Shown: one piece after another, positions 42,560 through 55,500 of the stretch
Layout: each line of letters begins with the position of its first letter
Position numbering within the stretch: position 1 is the stretch's first letter
NCBI GenBank assembly: GCA_025786725.1
Contig: JAHLTZ010000016.1
Coordinates: forward strand, 186,001-250,000
DNA from: Syncephalis fuscata S228
Taxonomy: Eukaryota; Fungi; Zoopagomycota
Length of the DNA: 64,000 bases
Reading direction: 5' to 3'
Translations under genes and position numbers: made by a program
The notes under the pieces: generated by a model
Told to the model about the DNA's origin: nothing
The model's input: the letters and a program-made list of their open reading frames with translations, nothing else
Databases searched by the model: none

Positions 42560-44605
42560 TTTTGCGCCAATGTTTCATTGAGAAATATGTTGGAATTAAC
42601 TTGAGCCATATTAATTGAATGGTGCTTATTAATGATGTTCATTTACTCCTAACGAGAATTTTAGCCCCATATAAACCACCCACCACTATACATAGTTTAG
42701 AATATTATATATAATTATAGATTCACTGCGCCTCTTGATTATTCATAGAATAAAACTAGCTAAGAAATATCCTACATTGTCCACTTTTTGTATCAATTAA
42801 AATTTTTGCTTTTTTCTTTCGTTTATAGCTCGCTCTTCTAATACAAGCCGTTTTAATGATGAAACAACAAAATTAAGAGAACTGATTCAATGCCATTTAA
42901 AATATTATTGTCAAGGTGCTGTCTATACTTCAATCCTGCTTAGATATTCCAATCAAATAGCAACATATGAAGTTACAAAAATCAAGGTAGCCTATTTAAT
43001 TAAACAGTATTAAAAACAACTTTGGCCAGCAATTTCGTAAATTACTAAATTTAATTTTGAATATTAAAAGTAGAAAGGCCAATTTGGAAGAGCAAATGAA
43101 ACGTCAAAAATATTCTGATAAAACAATAAAAGCAGCTTTATTTCAAAATATCATAAAACCTGCAGCCCATTTAAAGCAACAATTTGCTTTTGAAAAAAGT
43201 AAAAACAGCTCAGATTATCAACCAATATGCGACATGATTAAGCTAATCTTTGACTCATATCCACCAAATTACAAGTTTTTATCAAAATCCATATATTACA
43301 ACAGTAAACCTTGTTCTAAAAAACACACGAATGCATATCATTAAATAGCTAAATTGGTAAAAATATTTAAATTATTTACAATGCTTTTCTTTGCGCACAT
43401 TTTGGATTCCTGGCTACATGCAAATTGATACGTTTATTCTGTGTCGATGTATTTTAGGTGCAAATCCTGCTAATTTTTCAAAAATAGAAATGTCTGGAGC
43501 CAAGTTGTCGAACTCAAAAAAAAGCATTCAAATCTAGCAACAATCAACATGGCTCTTCAAGTCTTCAAGGATTAATTCAAACAGATTGTGCTGGTGTTTC
43601 TATATTGCTGCAGGACAAAAACACCATAGACAGATTCAAACCAGGCTATAATCCAAAAAGAAATTCAAAAAAGACAGATATGATATCAGTATATTAGTGA
43701 CATTAACAGAGATGATATAATATCAATTGCTGACAAGTGTGTATTAATTGGCCCTGAAAGAAGAGATTCAATGTATTGTGTGCATAAATCCAGCACCATT
43801 CAAGAGCCAAGAATCTACAGATATACTGCAAACCAAATATATTTTTGATATCAATGACAAGAAGTATTTCAAAATTAGATTGGAATTAAAATCAAAGTAT
43901 TCCGCTGTTTAAGAAAATAAAGATTTATTATTTCAATGTCGAACCGGATCTGTTAGTTTACTCAATTTTAAAATATATCTTGCCATTCGTGCCTTTGTCG
44001 GCCAGCATTTTGCACTATACTACATTTATTAAACAAATATAGGCTCTATCAAACAAAACTAGCTGTTTAGAAACCTAAAACTATCTTTGTACATTAAATA
44101 ATAGCACGCGAATTAAAAGCTTGTCAATAAGCTTAAATCCAAGTTTGGTAGTGATGCTACTTTAATATTTAGTGACCGGTCTACAAGTCATGTAATTTTC
44201 AAAAACCTATTCAAGGTGCTGGTTGAAGCGTGTGCTTCAAAGAATGGTTTTAACGTGCTTTAGTTGATGAGTATAACAGCTCTAAAACCTATCCCACTTG
44301 TCAAGCTCTAAGTTTAGAAACATCTAAAATAATTGATTATCCACGCCCGTATCAGCGTCACGATCATCCAAAAGTAAAGTGTCATGGGCTTTCAAGGTAC
44401 TGTAATTTATAGACTGAATACAAATGAATATTTTATTCTAACATCTAGATTGTTTGCAGATGCACAAACCAAAATTATAAGAAAGCGCATGAAACTTTTA
44501 CTGGTGCAAAATTGTGGCATTGTGATTTGGCTGCTGCTTTGAATTTCAAACATATTTTTGATAGTCTACGACTCAGTGGTACCATACCAGGCTGATTTTG
44601 GAGAA
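42560..44605 (+). mobile_element. Decayed Fanzor1 (TnpB-like RNA-guided nuclease) pseudogene or non-autonomous element; 5' boundary approximate
   Basis: Translation through stops and frameshifts gives WIPGYMQIDT, FQGLIQTDCAGVSILL, KCVLIGPERRDSMYCVH (RuvC-I), YRYTANQ, KLKSKFGSDATLIFSDRS, VDEYNSSKTYPTC, PRPYQR..CHGLSR|CTNQN and LWHCDLAAALNFKHI (RuvC-III). Confidence 0.85.
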
Positions 44606-44862
44606 GCTAATTCGCCTTGGAGTTTATCGACTTTTAAATTAAAATATAGGTAATTATAATGACCGCTTTTTAATGACAATTACTGATTTTTATTAATATT
44701 TATAAACATCTCAATCTTTTTCTTCATTTTATTTTACTTTTTACACATTTCAAGTAACCGTACTAGCATTGCCATATCTACTGATTGCATATATGTAATT
44801 TAAGTGGTCATCCTACCACCACTTTGCTACATCTTCACTCATTCTCAATCACATTTACTATC

Positions 44863-45288
44863 ATGGGCAACTGCTGCTCTTCAAACGATACTAGCAATTC
44901 CTATCCCTTAAAGAACATGGGAGGAGGGGAAAGAGCGACCGTGCAGGAGCAACCAATAAGAACAGCTGGCATGACAGCCAACACTGATGAGGCTCGTGCG
45001 AAGCGGTTAGCAGCCGCTGAAGAACGTCATCAAAAGGCAAGTACAACTCATCGCATCTATTAGCACAGCCTTAACAATTCAATGCTTGTAGGCTGGTCGA
45101 CGAGGCGTGCAGCAGGGCGGTGGACAGCTTGCGAAAAAGTTGCAAGACCAGCAAACATCGGCGGGGATTGGTCAAGGGGAGATTCCTGCCAACAACTTAG
45201 AGGTAAGTTACGGTTATTGTTGTTGTTAGTAACGTGTGGTATGCATAGCAAATAACTAACCTTACATTTGCAGTGGCGTGTCGACTAA
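44863..45288 (+). CDS. SVIP-like small acylated protein (3 exons)
   Basis: MGNCCS myristoyl/palmitoyl motif, RAKRLAAAEERHQK|AGRRGVQQGGG, C-terminal WRVD. Confidence 0.75.
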
Positions 45289-45387
45289 ATTGGTTATCAA
45301 TTGGTTATCAATTGGTTGTTTTCTAGTCTGCGATATATTAAATCTATTTTGTTAAATCAATAACGGATGTGTAATCATATTCAAAGT

Positions 45388-46397
45388 TTATTCAATATTT
45401 TGCTTGTTATTTTTGAAAAATGAGCTATTTGTGTTTACATTATCGTTCCGAGTAACAGATGAATTGGACGAAGATGTGTAAATAGGATTCAGTAAAAGTG
45501 CAGATGCTCCTCGAGATGATACTGGACTTTTTTGATTCAAGTATCTGCGACGTGCATTGACAAACCAGTCGTTAACTTGCACCAAAGTGAGCTGTGTTTT
45601 GTGGCATAGTTCTTTTTTCTCGTCTGCTGTAGGAAATGCACGGCCTTTGTGATTGAGTAACCAGCCAAAAAGAATGGCCAACACTTCGCTACTATGGTTG
45701 GCGCGCGTCGCCTTGTCATAGGAAGAGTGTGTAAGAATACGAGCGCATCGATCATCGAATACGCCTGTGGTGTAGTTCTCGGCAACACGAGCCTCATATA
45801 ACAGTTTAAGATATTCAAAAATTTGATTTAATAACTGGTAAGCCAATACTAGTAATGATATAGACTCGGCAGACTGTATGACATTATGATATGGATCATT
45901 GCATAGTTCCAATAAAGCAACCAGTAAATTGTAGGTACAATCGGCCGTTGCCAGTAATTCGCTGCTATCCTTAGTTTTTGATAGTATTTGATTGCGCAAT
46001 AGTAGTAATTTCTGTGTAATCTGGCCCATTGGACTTTGTAAACTGGCTTCCATATGTACACTAACGGCAGCCGTTTGATGTTCAGCGGCACTACTGGCAC
46101 TATACATGGTACAGCAGTAGCTTGGGGCGGATGTAAAAAGCTTGTATCAATTGTATTTGGTTCCGAAATATTGATATTCGGAAATAAAGACGTAATAATG
46201 TCATTGTCAAACTCTACAATGCTGTTATGAGCTTTGTGGCCGCCATCTGTATCTAACGGATTGACCAGAAGCGGTATATATTTTGCTGGAGTCAATTCCG
46301 GGCCAGTATTTGGTGCTTTTCTAATATAAGTATTCACATCATCATTCAGTAATTTGTACAATGTGTTTATGTTTGAATTTGATAGAAAACAATCCAT
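45388..46397 (-). CDS. TALE-class homeodomain transcription factor (one -1 break near 46137)
   Basis: ILFGWLLNHKGRAFPTADEKKELCHKTQLTLVQVNDWFVNARRR. Confidence 0.88.
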
Positions 46398-46810
46398 GGC
46401 GTAAACTATGCGGATGAACAAGGGTGAAGAGCTATGACCAAGTGCAAACAATGTAGTGTATTTATAGGAAGCACTTGACTGTTCATCAGATTGCAAGATA
46501 GGAATAAAACGGAATACAATAGTCACATTGAGCTTTGTAATAGGCGCCACCATAGAACCTTTCAGTGTGTAAAAAAGCGTCATGCATCTCGGAATTGGAT
46601 TTAGCTGCAGAGCAATAAGACTGTTTCGAAAATAAATAGACCAGCTTATGGCAAATTGTTTGACACGCTTTATTGTGCCACATTAAGTTGGCTGTCATAT
46701 ATTTCTATCTATATGGTTGTTAAAGAACGCCGTTGTACATTGTCTCAAATGTTAATATCAATATTTTTTTATTTTTTTGTAAACCTTTTTTCTAGCACTT
46801 CTTCATCAGT

Positions 46811-49617
46811 ATGTTACCGTACTCAAAACAGCATCGTCCACCGTCTGGTAATTACGCAACAGCTACTGGACAGTATAACCAAGAGGCACGCAATACAGGA
46901 ATTCCCATACCTAAACCAACCAACACTACTCCAAATGAGCCACAATGGAATGAGCCACGGCCGCAATTTGATTTGAATTTTAACGCATCACTTTTCAATT
47001 CAAACCTTAACGACGCGGCAGTAGCTAAAAGATCTATAGATGGTGATAATGGCTTAAGTAGCGCACAGACACCAGTAAAGAAAAGCGAAATGACTGTGCT
47101 ACGAAGTGGCGGACCGGCTCGTGGCAGTGAAGTGCCACCACTGCCACGAACATCTGAAGCTACTTTGTGGCCGGATACATCATCGCTACAACAATCGGGT
47201 CAACTCGCTTCATCTCGAAGCTCTTTGAAAGCAAGCCGCGAATCGACTATAGCAACGCCGAATAAATTAAATAATCCTATTGTTTCGCAAACAAGCTTAA
47301 CGAAAAAACGAGCAGCTGATCCAGATATGACAATCAGTACAGCAAAATCTAGCAATAAATCTTCAGCCAATCCATCACATAGAGTAAGTCTTTATTATTA
47401 CATTAGTTTATAGCTATACTAATAATACTAATTAGCACAACTCAAATATACCTCGTGCAGTATTTAAAGATAATTTGTCAAATGATTATAGCGATAGTAG
47501 CGGTAGCGACCATGATGGCACAAGTGATAATGATAGTGACAGTGACGATATAACTAAAAATTCAGATTTATCCTTTTCTTCATCATCCTATTCAGACATG
47601 GCCGATATGTCAGTTACTATGGCGAGCGATACAAAAAACAAAGGCAGATCAAAGAAACGATCGCGCGTAGAGTTGGAACGATCATTTCATCCAGGCGACA
47701 ATGAATCGCTACAAGCTTGGACATGGCTTGTAAGTTATATCTTTGTAAAATGTGCTATAAACTTATATATTTAACATTGTATTTTAGTTGGAAAAAGAAC
47801 GCACTAAAATTGCAATTTACTCTTCGAAAGTAAGTTGTATACACACACAGCGTGTTAATACGCAGAATCAATACTAAGTCGATTGAGCTCAGTTGCGTAG
47901 GGCATCAAGGCGTGTCTATAAAATTAGTAAAAAGCTTGAAGAATATACACGACAATTACCTGCTACTACTACTGCTACTGCTACTGCTACTGCTACTACA
48001 AGCCATAGCAAGTCTTTGTCAAAAGCAACGATTGACACTCCAATGAAGGATGTGCAGTCATCGGATGTATCAGGAATAGATATGGTAAAACGTCGCAACA
48101 GCCATAGTACTGTTGAAGTGCCATCTGCTTCAAATGATAAAAAAACTATAGTGAAGTCGCTGCCAAATTCTAAATTTACTTATACTTTTCCGCTGGCCAC
48201 TAATAACGAACCATCTAAATTGCGTAACTTACACACCCATCAATGGCGCAATGCATTTCTAAGAAAGCCACGATCATTGCTATTTCACCGATTGCCCGGC
48301 ACACGAGGAAGGGATCCGATGGATCTTATTGTAGCAAGGTAAGTGATATAGATATTTGTAATAAATCATCCATCTAACGCTAATTGATTGATTATATAGT
48401 GCATTAGACGGGTAAGTATCATGTTGGTTATTTTTATAATAGCTTCTTATAATTTAGCACACTAGACAAATACGATGCTGGAAGTATGGACATCAACGGT
48501 AAGTACATTTTAATAATATAGTATTTGTTTTTTGACTTTATACTTATTAGGCTAGAGCATATTATCAAAGACTCACAGCTTGAAAAGACATGGCCCGAAG
48601 CAATGGCCTGGATTACTGACGACATACTGGCAGTGGGTGCGCCGGCCCGCGATCCACCAGTTGCACAACAATTATCACTGGTCCACTTTTCAAGCTCATC
48701 TCGAGTAAGTAAAAGGAAAATAACAACAGTTTTATTGATTAATCAACACATTTGTAGCATTCGCTTTTGTCACAAGTACAGCATTTGTATGATCAGCCAC
48801 ACGGCAATGGTATTAATGTGATTGAGCCGCTACATTCAAACAAGGAGGCGTTTTCATTTGTCACAGCCGGCAACGATAAACGTGTCGTTGTGTGGCATAT
48901 GGAACGATCGAACAACTTGCAGAAGCCAACTACGTTAAAAAGCGTCGAATATCTTCATAAAGTGCACACATCTTCTATCTTTGCTATTTCGCATTTACCG
49001 CAGTTTAGCGCACTTTACTCAGGCGGTGCCGATAACCGACTCGTTGCTTGGGATCTAGCCGGACAACGGGAGATATCCCGGCAAAAGCTCACAGAACGAA
49101 TTAATCACATTCAAAAAAATCCGGTTGATCCCAACTTACTTCTTGTAACTGTAAGCGGATTACAGGACCAACTATTGCTCTACGATCATCGTACACCTCG
49201 AGATCCACTACTTACATTTGGTTTTCGTCAACAATCACGATTGAGTCGGTACATTGCACCATCCTGGCATTGTGATGGCTATTTGATAGCGTGTGGGCAG
49301 CAAGATAAACCGCACATTTCTATTTGGTAAGTAGTCTATTAATATATATATATATGTGTGTGTGTGTGATTAAGCTATATTTCTAACATGGTTTATTTCA
49401 ACAAGGGACATTCGATACAAGGATATTCAATCCGCTCCATGCCAGCTAATTCAGTCACATGGTAATTTAGACTAATACAGCACTAACATAAATAAGCAAC
49501 AGCTAACGATTGGTGATAGATAAACGTATCATCGAAGCGCGATTTCATCCAACTAAGCCAGTTCTAGGTTCTATTAGTTCAGACTTATCAATGGGATTTA
49601 TTGACTTTACTTTATAA
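46811..49617 (+). CDS. WD40-repeat protein with long disordered N-terminus (multi-exon, including a 12-nt exon at 48400-48411)
   Basis: FVTAGNDKRVVVW, LYSGGADNRLVAWD, ISIWD. Confidence 0.8.
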
Positions 49618-50111
49618 ACAAACTCATTGCTAATTAATTTCATTAAACATCAATTTCAGCAGTAGGATAATAAACTATTGTGAATGCCAATCAGCTTCTT
49701 GCATAAATAAGGATTGGTAGCACATATTTAAATTTTGTTTCCAACAATATGTGTTCAAATGTTATGAAATGGAGTAATAGCAGCACAGTACCTAAAGGTG
49801 GCAAACAAGCCGACAAACTTGATTATGTATTAATATTAGTGATAATAAGATCAGATATAAAGGAGTAAAGCTCATCTGTCCAAAAAGTTGGCTTATCATA
49901 GAAGATGTTGCTATTTAAATCGCAAGTGTATTAGAGAGGTAGTAGTTTGAGTGGATCACATGTAAAGATCATCAGATTTGCATAATGACTATAAATCAGT
50001 GTAGGTAAATACGTAGTAATCGTATTTTTCAATTAGATGAAATAATATAATAATATTTATTACTATATGACGAATAAATTGATGCTTTGAGCCATTTCAT
50101 TTGCAGCATAG

Positions 50112-51365
50112 TTAAGTTGGCAATCTAGAATAATCAGTGGTATATGCGAATTTTCTCCAATATTGTATATTAGTTTCGTAAATCTCGAAAGAAGTTTTAC
50201 GAAATATAGGTCTAGATCTTAAAAGATTATCCATTAGACCGAGAACTGGCGGAAACATATAAGAATCGTTTATGGATATCTTTAGCTTAGGACAACTATT
50301 CTCGCCCATAATATATGCCTTTCTTAGTCTTTCTTTTATTTTTGGATATTCTTCGCGGCCATAAGGCTTCTTTGTTGTACCGTCATGCCCATAAGGTGAA
50401 TGACCAGTGGTAAATTCGTAAATAATGGCACCTAACTGCCAAAGATCGTATTTTTGCAAATCATACACTTCTTCGTATGCCGTCTCTGGTGGAGAGTAAG
50501 CCATACGTTCAAAAGTTGGCTTAGCTTTGCCTTTTGACACCATAGCATACTCAAAACCCACAAGTATAACTGATGGACTTGCCTGTCTGCTAGGATCATC
50601 TGGATGTGATATCAGAATATCTAAATAAATCAAGTTGTTAACAATTGGTTTCAGCTAAGCTGTGGCAGATCTACTTACTTGATGGCATAATAGCGGTATG
50701 GCGAACATCGATTGAGTGCAAATAGGCAATACCTAAAGCTATGGTTAGTCTTACGAATGCATATTAAGCCAAAAGAATACACACCAGCTATCAACTTTCT
50801 CATCACCTCTCCAAGCCAATACAGCCTTTCTATCTTGGCTTGAGAAAAAGAAAAGTTGCGAAGCGTATATCTAACGGATTTATGACTAGGATAGACAATA
50901 CAATGGTAGCCATTGGCAGTTGAAAGGCTATTCACAGTAGGGATCAATCTAATAGAAGGTTTGAACTTTGAAAATTTATACATTGACTCTTGACTGTCTG
51001 CCAACTAATGTAGATAGACGCACAGTGAATAATCATTAGCTAATTAATCAACAGTAATAGTAATAATAGCCACTTACATTTGTAATTTTAATTGCTTGAT
51101 CAACAAGCTCTTTGCCAGCACCTCCTGGATAACACAGAGTATACCGGTATCCATTTTTCACTGGAAGAAAAATGCTCATTCCATCGTTGTATATTTGTTT
51201 CCATTCTCGTTTATCGTATTTTTCAAGCCGGATATCTTGAAAAATCGGCGTTTTTTCAAGCTGAGGAATAGGTGACGGCTCGTCCTTTAATGCGATAGCG
51301 CATGAAAAAAGTGAAAAAAGATATATTGCCGCGCATGCGACACTGTAAGGGTGAGTTCTACGCAT
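50112..51365 (-). CDS. Secreted protein-kinase-like protein (pseudokinase); multi-exon
   Basis: Signal peptide; GIAYLHS..HTAIMPS|NILI, VILVGFE, YSPPE, DLWQLGAIIYEFTTG..PY. Confidence 0.8.
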
Positions 51366-52413
51366 ACTAGCTTGCAGTTGCGTTATAGAATATTGTGGAT
51401 ATCAAATCCTTCTAAAGTAAAAGTAAAAATCGTAACTAGCTTTTAATAAAACGTAGAGAAATTGCGTGGAAAGTATAAGATTAATGGCAGTTTCCTAAAC
51501 TACTAGAGACTGGCAATTTATTATATAGCAATATTCTTGGCAATTAACGCTTTCCAGTTAAGCGGTTTTATGTTCACGAGACATTGCCAATTTAAGTCAA
51601 TACTTGCTTGTTTTAGATTTATTATTTCCCTTTTTGGTAAATTGCTTTTAATTGTGCCATTAATTCTTATTAAACATTCTATTTGAAATACTGCAATAGC
51701 CCCTTTACTACTAGTACATTATATTCAAAATCTAGTATTTGTTTCAAACCTTCCATTTAGTCGATGTGTCGAATATTCGTTGGACGATAGGTTCAAAATT
51801 ATGCAGCACATGCAAATCATTGGTGTTTTAAAGCAGTAGAATTATTGACTGATAAGATAACAATTAATAACAATAGCAGCATATTTAATAGTTATAGTAT
51901 TTAACAATACTTGATGGATAATATCCATTAGTGGGGCTTAAGTTGCAATAGTCGCAATAATAATAAAGCTTTGCATCGTTGCCGCTTGAACTTGACAATA
52001 GTTGCTTGTATGTCGATCTGTGTTTGTAAATTTCATTTCAAACTCCTCACCATAGCGCATGGCTTTTACAACTCTTTATATCAGCTACATAAATAGTTTT
52101 CCATTTAACATTAAATACAAATTTACTATAATGATTTGATTTAAATTCAATGCTATAATATACATATACATAACTTACAATTATATTTTTCGTATAGACA
52201 ATAAAACAAATAAAAGTGTAAATCGAGTGTATACTGTTTGCATTGATCAGGCCTCCAATGATATTCATATAAATCATAACAATAATTCTTAAATTTTATC
52301 ACTTTACATTTAAAATAGAAATCTTTTTTGTAGAAAAACAAATTATATTTTACAAGCTATACAAACTAGACAACTATACAATTATATCAAAACACGACAG
52401 ATAATTATTAGAT

Positions 52414-52444
52414 CACGTGGTTTTATTTTACGCGAATATCGCGT
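52414..52444. promoter_or_regulatory. TCACGTG plus MCB/SCB-like CGCG motifs upstream of MRC1
   Basis: CACGTG at 52414, ACGCGA at 52430, CGCGT at 52440; ATG at 52507. Confidence 0.45.
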
Positions 52445-52506
52445 GTCATTTGCCAAAAAATAGCCTTTTTCTTTTATAGCACACTTTGTCGTATATTGTA
52501 TTGCTC

Positions 52507-55500
52507 ATGGACACGTCAATAACTTTTGAGAATTCGGCACAGCAAGACAAGAGAAAGTATGAAAACAGCGAGTCTTTACCTGATCGTTCAAGTTCACCCG
52601 AATTAGGTGTGCCGACAACGATGCAACAGCTCTAGTTAGTGGCACGCAAGAAGATTGGCGAACACTCTATCGTTACGACGATAGTGATGGCAGCGATGAA
52701 GAAAGAAGCAATCAGCGTGAATTGCAATCATATATTGCTAATCTCTCAGACCAGGAGGATATTGAACATACAGTACCTGGTCAAGTAAGTTATATATATA
52801 TATATTGTACTAGTTGTTCACATATACTAAATTATATGTGGCGCAAATAGCGACCGGCCTGGCTTATTGACTCAGATCTATCAGATATTGATGAGGCCAT
52901 GCTTGATTCTAGCGATGATGAACCAGCACCTGTCAAACCACCAGTAAAGAAGAAGTCAGAACGTCAACAAAAGTCCAAGTCAAAACATGAACGCCAAAAG
53001 CCAATTAAAAAACTTCGAAAAGTCAAAAAAACTACTGGCACTGCAAAGGTAAAGTGTAATACATCAATTGGCAAATATTGAGTAATTAAGTAATACTAAA
53101 ACTGAAATAGTCGGATAATTTACATAACATTGAACCAAACACGAATGAATCAACTCAGTTGGCTGTACAAAATGCTGCAGTATTTAACGACGCTGTTTCT
53201 ACTGATGATGATGATGATGATGATGATGATGACGATTTAATGGAAAAAATTAACCAAGGAACTCCAAAAGCTCAACAACGACATAAGGTAAAAAACAATT
53301 CTATAATAAATATTAGAATCTAATAGTATCAATATTAGGGATTAAGTAAAAAAGATCAACTTGAAATGCACAAAGAAACACAAAGATTACTTCGTCGTAA
53401 GTGATACAGTAATAATCTATTTAATATTGTATCTCACTAGTAATAGAAAAACTAACACGGCTTGAATCAATTACTGACCATTTGGATATAAACGACTTTT
53501 TATCTTCTCTTTGTCAACCAATGTAATTAATAACAACTAATCAAACGAACTATTTAAACAAATATACTAATACTTATACTAGGGAATCTGTAAATAGCCA
53601 TAATGAACCAATAAATACAAAAATACAGCCAATTCAACAAATATTCAAGAAAATTACCTAATGCAACATCAAAGCTATCAGACAAGGCTCTTGGTAAATT
53701 ACCACAAGAAAGTGTAACACTAGTAAAAGAGAAGCGGATAATACGTACACCACTACCTACATTCCAACACACTCCTGTATGTACAACAACAGATATAACA
53801 TCAGCCATGGCCGATATGGAATTGATTATTATAGATTCATATGATAAACATGACAACGAATTACAGACTCAACGTGAAACGCCTAAAACACCAGTTAAAA
53901 TGAAACAAAAATTTGCGCAAATAAAACATCAAAAGCAGTTGGAAGTACAAAGACCAAAAACAACCACTGATATGACACCGCAACAACTGAATCATATGTT
54001 AAAGGCTAAGATTACACAGCAAACAAGTGAACGTCGACAAGAAGCTGAGGATTTAGCAAAACGATTAGGTGTATGGCAACCACCCACTCAAGGTGTATCA
54101 GAACTAGCTCGTGAAAAGGAGCGACGTAAATTGGCCATGGGAACTGATATAGATTTTATACCACCATCAGATGAGGAATATGAAGAGGATGAAGTGAATA
54201 ACAAAGAACATAATAGCGATGAAGATGATATTATTTATTCTGGAGAAGAAACCAACGATGATGACAATAATAATACTGACATTGATGAAGATGACAGCAA
54301 TGATGCAGTCAATGATAATGGGGAAGGGCAAACAAGGATAGCAACGATGGATTCAGTATTAGATAATGAAATAACCGATCTAGTAACATCTAATAATTCG
54401 ATATTATTAAATGAAATAGAAAAGGACGATGATGAAGAGGAGGAGGAGGAAAAAGAAGAAGAGGATGAACAAGTTAATATTGCTTCTAAATCTATTAATA
54501 GATCAAAAGGGCGACATCATACATTAATGATAGATTCAGATGAAGAAACAACGATGCCATTACCATTATCTACTACTGAAAATGAGTCAAACTTCTCTAA
54601 TATTAACAAAGATACAGGATTGGATAATGCCATCTTTGCTATTGAAGATGATTCAAATATTAATGACTTATCTGAATCAACACTAAATCGCCGTCTTATA
54701 AGCCGTAGAAATCTAGTGGCTGATATGTTTAAAGATAAAGTGAAGCCTATGAGTCGAAGAATGGCCGGCTATTTCGACGCTGAGGCCGAAGAGGAAGAAG
54801 ATGAATGGGCTGGTTTTCTTGATCAACAACAACCGCCACATCAGAATGAACCGGAAGAAGATGATCGAGATGACCGGTTTATGGATGATATTGATATGGT
54901 AGTCCATGATTTGAGTGATGAAGAGGAGAACAGTGAAGATGTAGCGGCACTTCATCGGTAAGAGTATGGTAAATATGATTTATATTAATATTAATAATAT
55001 TTACTATCAATAGCAAGCAAATGGATGATCAAGATGCCGCTGAGGTTAGTAATTTAATACGAGACTTGAAAGAAGGCACTTTGGGTCGATCGAAATTAGA
55101 CTTTCATGGAAAAGGATTTGGACTTGATGGAAGTGATGATGATGATGATGATGGTCATGGCAATTCACTTAATAGACGAGCTATTGAATGGCAAAGCACC
55201 GGGCCAGAACATCGCTATGAAGTAGATGAACAGTTAATGCAACTAGGTAATAGAACGATAATTAGATAGTTATTAATATTAACAATAATGATGATAACAA
55301 TAATATAGAAAAGAATCCGGCTACGGCTGCTTTTGCTCGAATAGCATTAGGCACCGAAGATGATATTGATGTAGCATCCGATGATTTGAATTTCCTTCAA
55401 GATGATGATCATACTGAAGAGGAACGACCACGTCGAGCAAGATACTCGGTAAGTAAAGCAGCATAGTAAATATTAAAGTCATATATAGAGTAGTAGTAGT

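Noticed and set aside
43057-43344. 95-aa ORF as a stand-alone gene
   Set aside because: It is an internal fragment of the Fanzor relic and starts at TTG
45290-45320. TTGGTTATCAA tandem repeat as a CRISPR-like array
   Set aside because: Only about 2.5 adjacent copies, no spacers, eukaryotic 3' UTR
45388-46397. Mating-type locus call
   Set aside because: Single homeodomain gene; no HD2 partner, HMG sex gene or typical flanking genes in the window
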